64,000 bases of DNA from Candidatus Heimdallarchaeum endolithica (GTDB lineage Archaea > Asgardarchaeota > Heimdallarchaeia > Heimdallarchaeales > Heimdallarchaeaceae): assembly GCA_021513715.1 (NCBI GenBank), contig CP084167.1, forward strand, positions 2,368,001 to 2,432,000. The letters run 5' to 3'. This document shows, piece by piece, positions 1-11,700 of this stretch. How positions within the stretch are numbered: position 1 is the first letter of the stretch; every line of letters starts with the position of its first letter. The position numbers were made by a program, and so were the translations under genes. The notes beneath the pieces were generated by a model that saw nothing but the letters and a program-made list of their open reading frames with translations, was not told the origin of the DNA and searched no databases.

Positions 1-2
1 CC

Positions 3-3000
3 ATTTATGCAGAAGATGGAAAAGTATGGGATTCAGAAATTTTTACTCTTCAATACCAGGATGGAATAACTCCAAACTACTATACTCACTCAATAGAGGC
101 TTATACTGACGCAGAAGATGTGGTAATAGAGGTATGGACATATGATGAGATATTTACTAATGATGAACTTAATGTTTCAGCAGAATATTGTCAATCTATT
201 TATGAAAATTTTGAGTGGATAAATAATGGCTCATTATATTATGAGAGTTTTAGTTTGCAAACGGATGGAGAAATTATTCATAATGGAGAAACGTACTATA
301 GATATAAACTAGTTATTCCTCATGATAGAATTGAAGCAGGGTACGGAATAGTAGGAAAAATAATTGTTTCAGATCTAGCATCAACACCTAATGTTTTTAC
401 TATTCCCATAGAAATACAATTGTATGACTCGAGAATAGTATTAGGAACACCTCATCTTACTCCTACTCCAGATCAAAATGGATACGTTCATTTTCTTTCT
501 GATTTATCCCTATCAGTTATAATAATTGAATCGTATTATCCTACTCCTGTCGTATGGGCAGATGTATATGTCAATGACGTTTATTCTACTACATTGAATC
601 TTGGAACAGGAGATTATGTTACATACGTTTATGGTTCATTTGATTATAACACCATAGGAGCAACACTACACGATGAAGTGAGATTAGAACTTCATGCTTC
701 AGCAACTATTAACTCAGAAACAGTGAATGAAGAAGAAGTAAGAATAATAGATTTTGTCTACTGGGATCTTGTACCTCCTGAAATTACATATGTTTCGTCT
801 ATTCCTGCAAGAATGAATCCTGCAGAATTCTCATTTAAGGTAAAAGAAGATATCAGAACGATTATCCCTGGATTAATTACAGTAGAATATTCTCTCTCCA
901 ATCAAAATAATTGGAACCCGTGTGATGTGGAATATACAGAGTCGGTTGGAAATGGAGAGTGGTTAGTTAATGCTTCTTTTGACAGTTCAAGCATGTCAGC
1001 AGGAGAGATATACGATTTCAAAATAACAGTGACGGATTATTATAGTGTTACAAGTTTAACAGTTAGTCGAACATTAACAGATATTACAGCTCCTACAGTT
1101 TTATTTACTTCCCCTTCCACCCCAGGATACAGTCAAGATATTACTGTAGAAGCAGTTCTAGTAGATGATTCAGAAGTTGACATAGATAATGTGTATATTA
1201 ATTACAAGAACGAAAATGGAGAATGGATATATTCTACAGATTTTAGTATTGAACAAAAGATGAGTTATGATACGAATACTAACTCTTTCCACTTCACTTT
1301 GGAATCAGAAAATCATCAAGCTCCTTACTCTATGCTGATAAAAATATGGTGTCAAGATAAATATTCTAATGCCCATTGGTCAGAATTCACAATATCTCTG
1401 GAAGACGACACCCCACCACTAATTATGAATGATGAAGTGTTAGTGAATATAGATAACATCAACGCAATCACCGCGGTAGCAGATACTGAAATTGTCTTAA
1501 GGGCAAGAGATGCTTGGTCAGCAATAAGAGAAACAGAAGTTCAAGTATATAAAGAAGTAAGTGCTGATAGCTGGGAACTAATAGCTGTTATTCTTCTTTC
1601 TCCAGACAGTAGCAGAGACGAAGGAATATTTAAGGGATACTCTGGAATATTAAATAAAGAAACACTTGAGATAAACAATGTCGTAACAGGAACACGGTTG
1701 AAATTTATTCCGTGGGTTGTGGATGATAAAGAAAACGAAGCCGATACTTTTGAAATCGTAAAAAAAGTAGTTGAAGGAAAACCTGAAATAAACACCGTAA
1801 ACATGAACCCTTCACCTAGTTCATATCTACCTTATGATTCAACTGTAAATGTAGAAGTCAACACCACTTGTATTTATAGTGTAGAGGAAGTAAAATTAGA
1901 TATATACATAGATGATGTGTTGAAGATAACTGGTTACTCTTTCACTTTTGATTCTGGAACAAATACATGGAAAACGGTTTTACCGGACTTAAGCCAATAT
2001 GCAAGAAAAAATGTCAAATTGATGATTTATTCATATACAACTCCACCAGGAGAAAATAGTCTTTCTTCTTCTCCAGAAATCATAGAATATTATCTGAAAG
2101 ACGTCTATGCTCCAGTTTATCTTGAAAATAACATCCCCTTACTTTTTGCTGAACAATGCAATAATAAAGTATGGTTTGCTGTTTATGAAGATATAACGAT
2201 ATTAGCAGAAACAAACATTGCTGTAAAATTCAAAAAACATGGTATTATATCCACATATTATGCTACAATTGATAGTATAACAAACTATTATGATGGAGAC
2301 AGCAAAAAATACAAAATAGAGGTTACTTTAGATGATTTAATCAATTTTAGTGCAGGAGAAAATATAGATATAATTCTTGAAGTAACAGATGATGAAGGAA
2401 ACCTTTTATCTCAGACTTTTGATGGCAGTTATGGTACGGGAATAACACTTATAGAATCTGACCCTCCAACTATAGCTGTAGAATCTTCTTTTAGTTCTTC
2501 TCAAGAAGCAGGGGTGGATTATGAAATAGGGTATAACGAAGATTTGATATTTGATTTTAGTTTAAATGACGTCTCTGGTGTAGACGTGGGAAGTGTATCT
2601 TACAGTTATACAATTATTGATCCTTCTTCTTCATTTTCTCCCTCTGGAATAAATCCTTTTTCTTTTACAATAGGCACTACAAATTATGATTACAATGCGT
2701 TAATTACAATAAACATTAATGCACAAGATATTCATGGTTTTGGCTCCTCTTTTCTATATCGCTTTAGAACAATAGATAATGTTCTTCCTTCGGATATTGT
2801 TTTTACAAGTGGATTAAGTTCTACGATAGAAGTAGATTCACCCTATTCCTTTAGTTTTAGAGGAATAGATGAAATATCTACCAATCAGAACATGGAATGT
2901 AAGTATCGTTTGTCTTACGATGGGGGTTCAACTTGGACAAGTTACACCGTCTTAGAAGCTTCTTCTTATGACTCTGCTAATGATGCGTGGGATGTGACAA

Positions 3001-5729
3001 TAGGAGCTTATTCTGATTTGAGAACAGTAACTGTGGAAGTAGTTGTTACTGACCAAAGTTCTAATAGCAGAAGCGAAACTTTCTCATATACAGTTATAGA
3101 TACTTTAGTTCCTGATATTACATGGAATAATGCCCCCACGAGTTATGGTGATAACTCTGATTTGTGGGTTAGTGCATTTATCACTGACAATATAGCTGTA
3201 GATGAGAGTAGTATAGATTTTTATTATGTTAAACAAGGAGATTCTACAGTTTATCATTTAAGTTATGAAACAGATCCTTTACTTACAACTCTCTTTAAAG
3301 CAAAAATACCTAACAGTGCTCTATCATGGCAAGATGTTGTTACTTATTATGTTTATACGGAAGATAGTTCTGGTAATAGTTTAGAGATTTCTAAAACCGT
3401 GACAATAAATATTGATGAAAAAAAACCTATTATAAATTATTATGATTATGGAGCTGAAAACACATTTTACTATTATGACTATTCAGTTGATGTTATAAAA
3501 GATTCTTGGGATTTCGAAGATGATACTGATGGCTGGGCAGATGCAGGGATATATTCTAGTCAACGGTATGTGAATGAATATGGAAATTTGATTGTGAGAG
3601 TAGACTCTGGAACAAGATACTATTTTGGAACTTATTATTATGAATATACTCACCCTATCAACATGGTGGATACTTCTTATCGTGTTTTCCGAATATCTTG
3701 GCGTGTGAGTCATGTTCCCTCTGGGGCAAGTGTAAGGATGTGTGTGGGTGTTAGTTCTTCTGGTAGTGGAGAAAATTTCTGGAATCATGATACGTGGAGA
3801 TACTCTTCATGGTATTCAGATACAAACTGGCATACAAGTATTATCTACTTTGATTCTTTTGATTCTTCAACTGACGGGAGAAACATACAAAAAATACGTT
3901 TACACGTTGCTTCTAGTTCCAGTAGCGCAACTTTCACTCCAAGTACTGACTATTGGGCTTGTCAATATATCAACCTTTACGCACATGAAAATAAACCCTC
4001 CTTTGATAGAAGTGGAGCAATATATGTCACAGTAGACGATAACACTGATTTGTCTTCAGTGAAAGCGTATGTCAAACGTAGTGATCAGTCTACTTGGCAA
4101 GGAGGGTGGACTTTAACAAATTACATGACAAATAGATGGTATATTTACGCTAATGAGATGTTTTTTATATGGTATTCTTCTTCAAGTTGTTATGATATCA
4201 AAGTAGTTGCCACTGATAGCAACTCTAACACTGAAACAGTCACTTTTACTCAAAAAATACAATCTTTGGATATGAAATGGCCATCTATCACCAGTATCAC
4301 GTCTGATGATTATAATATCTACAATGACGAATGTTGTTATATTACTGTCAACACTTACGACCCTGGCGATCCTTGGAATGGCGATAAAGGGGCGTCAAGG
4401 ATATATTATTCTAATAATGTCGACTTTTATTATAAAGCTTCCAGTCAGTCCTATTGGACACTCTTCTCAACCAACTATTTCTCTGAAAGTGGAAAGTATG
4501 CAAATGCAAAATTCTCCGCTGCAAGTTCTTTTCCTGATCAAGATATACAGTTTAAGGCAATAGTTACTGACAGAGCAGGAAACTCTATAACTAGCAGTAT
4601 TATTACCATCCATGTAACTAAACGTCACAATGCTCCTGTAGTTGTCAGTAGATGGGACTCAGGATATGATAATACTAAAGTTAACGATTATTTTTATGCT
4701 CGCGCACATATTACTTGTGATAGTGATGACATTTCTTCTGTTGATATACGTTATGGTCCTTCAACCTCTTCATATACAACTTTGTCAGGAGGAGCTTCAA
4801 AATATTCAGGTAATTTAAGAGATGGCTACTGGCAGAAAGGTCTTTATGGCGGTGATACAATAGGAGAAAGAGTTTACTTCAGTTTTAGAGCAAAAAGTGT
4901 TGCAGGAGTAACAGGTAGTTGGAGTAGCTGGGACTATGTAGAATATAAGGGAATTTTGTTCTCTCAAGAACTTTATTCGGTAGACGATATAATCTATAAA
5001 AAACAAGATAATCGCTTATATGTTATCTTCCGTAATTCTTTCTCATCAGAAAACTATTCCGTTTACCTCAATTTATATGTTGAAAATTATTCTTTACCTC
5101 TGTCTCTTCTCCATGAAAATGATGAAGAGAGAAATGTTTATTCTGTTTATATCAAAAATGTAATAGATAAATACCAATTAGAATTGTTAACTTATTCAGT
5201 TTCTATCAGAGACTATTTCAAAGTTCTTTATACCTCTCGCAATTTCACTCTTTCTGTAGGCGACGTTTCCCCTCCTGTAATAGAAGAAATAAAAGTTAAC
5301 TCTTTTTACAAATACGGTACTCCAATTACAATCACATCTGTTGTCTCTGATAAACATATGGATAAAATAGAAGTAGAATTACTTGATCTTGATGAAAACA
5401 ACGAATGGCGCGTCTATGAAAAATTATCTATGAAAGATACCTTTTCTTACTATTTTGTGAAATTTGAAGCCCTACATATTCCTGGATATTACATAAGAGT
5501 TAAAGCTTCTGATAAGTCGTTTAATGTAGCTTATAGTGAAATTCTACGAGTGCATGTAGGAGAAAAAGAAAATAAAAACACTCAATCTTATTTTAATCAA
5601 GCCTTAATTTTATCATTCAGCTTGTTTATTGGCTCGTTGACTTTTATTCGTAAACGAACCTTTTTAAAAACAAAATTTTACTCTCTGAAATTTTTCAAAA
5701 TAATAAATAAACAGTTTAGGAGGAAATAA
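3..5729 (+). CDS. Giant surface protein 1 of element A (5'-truncated by window): tandem Ig-like repeats, C-terminal membrane anchor
   Basis: The frame is open from base 3 (ATT TAT GCA GAA...), so the track start at 120 is not the true start. Recurrent D-x-x-(P/A)-P-x-I linkers about every 100 aa (WDLVPPEI, TDITAPTV, EDDTPPLI, IDTLVPDI, GDVSPPVI); C-terminal ALILSFSLFIGSLTFI plus basic tail; ASKYSG..DG.W motif shared with 41596..51108. Confidence 0.85.
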   Translation: MYAEDGKVWDSEIFTLQYQDGITPNYYTHSIEAYTDAEDVVIEVWTYDEIFTNDELNVSAEYCQSIYENFEWINNGSLYYESFSLQTDGEIIHNGETYYRYKLVIPHDRIEAGYGIVGKIIVSDLASTPNVFTIPIEIQLYDSRIVLGTPHLTPTPDQNGYVHFLSDLSLSVIIIESYYPTPVVWADVYVNDVYSTTLNLGTGDYVTYVYGSFDYNTIGATLHDEVRLELHASATINSETVNEEEVRIIDFVYWDLVPPEITYVSSIPARMNPAEFSFKVKEDIRTIIPGLITVEYSLSNQNNWNPCDVEYTESVGNGEWLVNASFDSSSMSAGEIYDFKITVTDYYSVTSLTVSRTLTDITAPTVLFTSPSTPGYSQDITVEAVLVDDSEVDIDNVYINYKNENGEWIYSTDFSIEQKMSYDTNTNSFHFTLESENHQAPYSMLIKIWCQDKYSNAHWSEFTISLEDDTPPLIMNDEVLVNIDNINAITAVADTEIVLRARDAWSAIRETEVQVYKEVSADSWELIAVILLSPDSSRDEGIFKGYSGILNKETLEINNVVTGTRLKFIPWVVDDKENEADTFEIVKKVVEGKPEINTVNMNPSPSSYLPYDSTVNVEVNTTCIYSVEEVKLDIYIDDVLKITGYSFTFDSGTNTWKTVLPDLSQYARKNVKLMIYSYTTPPGENSLSSSPEIIEYYLKDVYAPVYLENNIPLLFAEQCNNKVWFAVYEDITILAETNIAVKFKKHGIISTYYATIDSITNYYDGDSKKYKIEVTLDDLINFSAGENIDIILEVTDDEGNLLSQTFDGSYGTGITLIESDPPTIAVESSFSSSQEAGVDYEIGYNEDLIFDFSLNDVSGVDVGSVSYSYTIIDPSSSFSPSGINPFSFTIGTTNYDYNALITININAQDIHGFGSSFLYRFRTIDNVLPSDIVFTSGLSSTIEVDSPYSFSFRGIDEISTNQNMECKYRLSYDGGSTWTSYTVLEASSYDSANDAWDVTIGAYSDLRTVTVEVVVTDQSSNSRSETFSYTVIDTLVPDITWNNAPTSYGDNSDLWVSAFITDNIAVDESSIDFYYVKQGDSTVYHLSYETDPLLTTLFKAKIPNSALSWQDVVTYYVYTEDSSGNSLEISKTVTINIDEKKPIINYYDYGAENTFYYYDYSVDVIKDSWDFEDDTDGWADAGIYSSQRYVNEYGNLIVRVDSGTRYYFGTYYYEYTHPINMVDTSYRVFRISWRVSHVPSGASVRMCVGVSSSGSGENFWNHDTWRYSSWYSDTNWHTSIIYFDSFDSSTDGRNIQKIRLHVASSSSSATFTPSTDYWACQYINLYAHENKPSFDRSGAIYVTVDDNTDLSSVKAYVKRSDQSTWQGGWTLTNYMTNRWYIYANEMFFIWYSSSSCYDIKVVATDSNSNTETVTFTQKIQSLDMKWPSITSITSDDYNIYNDECCYITVNTYDPGDPWNGDKGASRIYYSNNVDFYYKASSQSYWTLFSTNYFSESGKYANAKFSAASSFPDQDIQFKAIVTDRAGNSITSSIITIHVTKRHNAPVVVSRWDSGYDNTKVNDYFYARAHITCDSDDISSVDIRYGPSTSSYTTLSGGASKYSGNLRDGYWQKGLYGGDTIGERVYFSFRAKSVAGVTGSWSSWDYVEYKGILFSQELYSVDDIIYKKQDNRLYVIFRNSFSSENYSVYLNLYVENYSLPLSLLHENDEERNVYSVYIKNVIDKYQLELLTYSVSIRDYFKVLYTSRNFTLSVGDVSPPVIEEIKVNSFYKYGTPITITSVVSDKHMDKIEVELLDLDENNEWRVYEKLSMKDTFSYYFVKFEALHIPGYYIRVKASDKSFNVAYSEILRVHVGEKENKNTQSYFNQALILSFSLFIGSLTFIRKRTFLKTKFYSLKFFKIINKQFRRK

Positions 5730-5731
5730 AA

Positions 5732-8700
5732 ATGCAAAAAATCAAATCTAAAATGAATACTTTTCTAGGCAAATTGAATAAACGTAGTCTTGTTATTACA
5801 GGAGTAGCGTTATTTATTTCAGTAATTGTTATCCTTCAGAGTTTCTCTATTGCTCTCTATCCTCAATCATCAGACGATGATAGCTATACCTTTTTCTACT
5901 CTGACTTTTCAGATAAAGAAGAGTGGAAAGGAGTTTATCGCTTATCTTGGGGGTCTATAATTGTAGATAGTAATTTTAATGCTATGAGTAAAAAAATAGA
6001 CCTTTATTGGTATGGTATGCAACAGTTGTTCTTAGAAGTGAAAGGAATAGATAGTTTAAAACTTGATTCTTCTTCAGCAATACAAGTTATAGACGCTGAT
6101 ACTTCTCGCATCTTATATGAACTTCGAGGATCTCAACTTTCTTCATTTAATGTCTCTGTAGACTTGTCCGCATACGTGTATGAAGACACTTCAGCGCTAT
6201 ATATCAATATTATTGGAAGCATAAAAATTATTGATTATATAAGAATTTTTACTCCTAAACTGTATTATCATAATTTTCTTAACGATGGAAAAACTTTTCC
6301 GAATGCTTATCACGAATTTAATCAGTTATATATTGATTATTTAGCCTACACAGAAGAAGTGACCTATGAAACTCCAGTTATCAAAGTTCCAGAAGGTAAT
6401 AACGTTAATCTTACTTTCGCTTTTAATTTAGTCCCATCGCTTACTTCTAATTATTCTATGTTTGCTCATATTTATGCCGATATATATGGATTAGGAGGTT
6501 TTGGTGAAGTAGAACAGCGAATAGAATTAGGATACAGTTATACAAATATGAGTTTTGGAGCAGACTATGTCTCTCTTATTGATAAAGAAATAACACTTTT
6601 AGGAAACTACTATGTAAGATTTTACTTAAATTTTGATTGTTTTGAAACAAATGAGGAAGACATACAAATAAAATTAATTGCTTTTTTCATTCAACCTCAC
6701 AATAACGTTGAAGCGCAGTCTGAATATGTCGACCCTGCACTTTATATTCGCAAATCTCCCAATGCTTATATCTCTGAACAAGTAGTAGAAGGAAGGGTAT
6801 TTAATGCTCTTACCGTTGATAGACAAGGATACATTGCTACATATAAGATCTCACATATGGATACGATATTTTATGATAAATTAGATCCAAGCACTATTGA
6901 AGAAAATTATACAATAGGTAACCCTGATACCTTAGTATATGATTTCGACAGTTCTAAGAATCTGAGATTAAACTCCTCAGGTTACCTTTATTCCTCTGAG
7001 TCTATTGGTAGTGATTTCTCTGTTTCTACTTCTTTTAATCTTAATAGTTTAGCAAGTAACCGTATTTTTGCAGGTATAGGTATTTATGGCACACATTCTT
7101 ACGAATTTGCTGTAGGGAATATGACTCTTTATGAAGAAACTTATGTTGATGAAGAGACAACCACAGTGAAAGTAAAAGAGGTTTATCAAGCTTATTTACA
7201 TGTCTACAAAGACAATTTATTAATTCGCTCTTATGCTCTCAATCAGACTTTTGGAGAAGGACAAGTTATTTCTCTTTCCCTTTCCTCTAAATTTGGTTAT
7301 AAAGCTTATAGTGTTCAAATTAATTATGAAGAAATAGTTATTTCTCTTCCCGAGATTATAGCGATAGGAGGAAAACCAGGTATATTTGCTAAAATTCCTC
7401 AACCTAGCCCTGATAACTTTGTTTCCTTTTACTACTTATCCGCAAGTGGTATAACAGAATATAGTCCCCGTCGTTTATTGATTTATAGTAAAACTCAACA
7501 ATATGTTACTGTTGTACTTAAAGCTACAAGAATCAATCCTTTGAGTTTTTCTTCGGAAAAAGTAGTTATAGACGAAAAGAAGTTATCTCAAAACAAAGAA
7601 GGTATACTTTATTTTTCTTATATTCCTAAACCTTTTGAGTATATTCATTTAGAAGTGTATTGTACTAATCCTGATGAAGAGCTAACTAGTTCATTTAGTA
7701 TTTTGGCTATGAAATTCTCAGGAATACACGAATATAATACAATTATCCCCTCTTATGATTACTATGATATATCTGATTCTGTCTATTTCGAGAAACGTAA
7801 TCTTATTTCTGAAGACCTTTCTGATAATTTTATTGCCTCTTATGACGCAATAGTAGAAGAAAGGTATAGTTTATTGGAGATAGGTGCTGAAGCACAAGAC
7901 TCTCTTCCCGATACCCAAATAGATATTTATACTCGAAAATTAAATAGTGGGCTTCCTTTCACCTTCCAAGGAACAGTTTACTGGACTGAACATGAAAGTG
8001 GAAGTTTCTTTTCTCATGTTCTTTATCTTGATCTTTCACCCGGAAATTATGAGATAAGATTAGAACGACCTTTAATTTTTACAAGTAAATTAAATATTAG
8101 TTACCTTCTTCTTCGACCTTTGACCTCTTATGCTAATGCTGTAACTGATTCAGTAGGTTTTACCAACCCTTTATCTTGGGAAAAAGATTTTACCACTGAT
8201 AAAATTGATGCATTCAATGGTATAGACCAGTTTATAGAAGAGAGTTATTACTCTTTAGTTCATCCCAGTTGTTATATGAAAGACGATGGAAATGGGAACT
8301 ATGAACAATATACTGATTGGACGCCTTCTACAGATGATACACAGATATGGTCAGTAGAAGATAACCTTGCTTCCTTTGTAGGAGGAGTAAAACTTGATAT
8401 TCCTGATGTTTCCACGGGTTCTGAAGGCTATCCCTATTTGCGTTTTGTTGCTAGAACGTACTCAAACTATACAATAGACTTAAAATTAACTTTAACTTAC
8501 TCAGATGGAAGCACAAACGAGTACTATTATTCTGTTTCTCAAGAACCAAAAGTATACTTTTTCAATTTTGATTATACTGATAGTCCTAAAATTTTATCAG
8601 GAATAGAATTTTTCACCAACTATATCCTTTATAACGATAAGGACGAGTCTGTTATCGTTTCCGATATTCATCTTTATCGCTTTACTAACATAGAAGTCAA

Positions 8701-11700
8701 ACTAGAAGACCAGTCGTATTTAGATGATAGTGGATTTGACACCTCTGACTATTCAGGAGACAATTTTTCTGTTGCTCCCTTTTTGAGCGATTATTATGGC
8801 TTGCTTGATATAGATTTAAATTATATTCCATCAAACGAAAGGGTTAAAGTATGGACAGATAACGATGCGGAAGGATTAAAACAATATTACTATAATAATA
8901 ACAACCATTATTTGCTTCCTTCTACCGTTACTGTTCCTATAAACGATTGGAGGGTAAATAAAGGAGCGTCAGTAGGAATCTATTCTACTCCCTTAACTTC
9001 ATTGAATCTTAATTTTATGATTAGTATGGATATTGAAAATAGAAAGACGTTTAATGAGGATATGACAATTGAACTTTTTGAATATAAATTCAAGCCTAAT
9101 ACTGATGCTTATGCTACTTCTCTTCCTTATTCTTATTATAAACTTAAGTTCTATCTTTATGGTTCAATTGAAATGCAAAATGAAGAAGGAGAGATGGAAG
9201 GAGGATATTTGTACTACCGTTTATTTGCTTATGATGGAGTAGAAGAAACTGAACTTACTCCTACTTACGATATGTTGAGCGATAATACTGATTTTCTTCA
9301 AGCTATATCTACTAATACTTTAGACTTTCCTAATATGCTAAGAATAACTGATAATTATGAAAAAGGTATTACGCACCTTATTTATAATACAAATGAAGAA
9401 AGTGAACTTCGTGCTGTTTTTCCTGTCAATTTTGAAGAAGCGTATACTATTTCTATTCACTTTGGTCAAGATCAAAGAATTGAAAGAGAATATGCCGATG
9501 CTGATTCTAAAAATGATGTTTTTGATACTCCATTTTTTGTAGGTGTATCCTCTTTTGACACTTTTCTAGAACTATATGAGGGAAGTGGAGAAAAAGCTAC
9601 TCTATTATTTGCTGATGTAACAATTCCTAGTTCAATGTTTCCTTCTCTTTTTATTCAAACTTCTGAAGCTATTAACTCCACTACTGAACTTTCATGGGAA
9701 ACAGATTATTCTATTAATTGGACACCTGAACCTACTTTCTATGTTAATTCTTACGAACCTTCTAGAAACGATGAAACAGGGTATAAACCTCTTGCACATC
9801 ACATTAACTTGTTTGAAAACCGTTATTTACTTTTGGAAGATTTAAAAACAATTTTTGAAGAAATAGATGTTACTCCCTATTTAGTAAACGAAAACTATGG
9901 AGACTTTCTTTACTTACCCAAATATTATTCTGCCACGCTCTCTACTTTTCAAGATGTATATGTTACTAATTATGACTTAAGCTTTGAAGGGACAGGAAAT
10001 TTCCAACTTATCGGCAATACAATACTTTCTTCTTATACTTTTGATTATAATGACGAGAAAAACAAAAATTGGAAAAATGAATTTATTTATAAAACTGTTA
10101 GTTCTTTGAAGTTTATTTCTACTTATGAAAAAGACTCTTTACCTAAAACCTATCTTTCATGTCTAGATTATTTATCTTATGAATATTATGCAAAAAACAA
10201 AAAAAGAGAGTATTCTTTTACTGACGGTTTTACTAATTATGAAGACTGGACAACAGTTGATTTTAGCCTCTTTGAAAGAGTAAAAGAACCTTCTTTACGT
10301 TCTTCTCCTTTAGGGTTAGTTATAGATGAGAATTCCATAGATTTTACCAACGAGAATATGGATAGTATTTACGATTATTTTGACCCCACTGATGAGTTAG
10401 AAGATCTTTTCTCCTTCTCTGGAAAAACTATGTACTATCTTCCCAGTTACTATATGAAAGGAGGAGATGACCAACCTGGACATAGTCTTTGGGATAGAGT
10501 ACTTGCAGGTGAAGCATTTCAAGGATTTAACCCTTCCTCTTCCCCCTATTATCAGAACCAGCAATATCTTTACAACAATTGGATGTACGATTTACAAAGC
10601 CAAATAATACAAAAAGAAGCAAAGAACATAGACGAAGATAGCGAATTAAATATCTACAATTTCTACGATGAGTTTCCAGAAGATGGACTTGATTTTTCTT
10701 GTATGTTACCTGATTATTTAAGATTTAAACCAGTTTACTATTCTGCCAGTTTACCTAAAGATTTTATATGGTCGTTTGATATAAACGTTGATTCATGGAG
10801 TCTTGGTAACCTTGCAGAAGACTATGTCAAGTTTTTTGATAAAGAAGAAGGACGATACTCTTTTTATATTACTATACCTATTATTTTACCTTCTCATGGG
10901 AATAAACCTTATTATCAAGATTTATCACCAGATCCCAATGTTTTAAGACTTTTCATCTATTATGATTCAGGAACAGAATATCACGATTCAGAAATAGAGA
11001 AAGGATACGTTAAACTTGACCCCCATTACAGCATCTATTTAGGTAGATCAATCATTGGAGTGTGGAAAGCATCAGAAAGTGTATCTCTCCATTTCGAAAT
11101 AGCAGTAGAGGAAAAAGAGATAGACGAGAGTTATGCTATTTATCAAGAGGGCGTTAATGGAGGTCCTCAAATTACAGCTTATTACGATTATAACCTTCAG
11201 ATGTGGATAAATAACGACAATATGTACTGGGATTTGCTCAAATTGCCGATGTGGATGTTGACAATAACTTATCCATATAAAGACAAAGATTATGATGCAA
11301 TAGAAAATACATATCAATACGACCTCATGTATAATCAGTTATTTAATACTCTCCCTTCTGAAAACGGTTATATCAACCCTCAATACTTTCAAGCTTTTAA
11401 CACGTACTATAAAGGATTATATGGAGACAAAGAACCTACTGGTTTTCAAATTGACGGTAGACTGTTTTTCGATACTGGAACATTAACTGAGCATACTTAC
11501 CATTGGTTGCAATATCAACGTTCTTTAGTTTCCGATAAATATTATTCTTTATCTTTATCCGAATACGGTATCGACCCTTCTGACCCTTCTCTTTACGATT
11601 TGGATTATCACTATTATAGCAGAGACAATTATGCAGGGATGGTTCGTTCAGATATGGCGGATGTAAGGTTTGAGAACCCTCGATATGTTAGAGGAGAATA

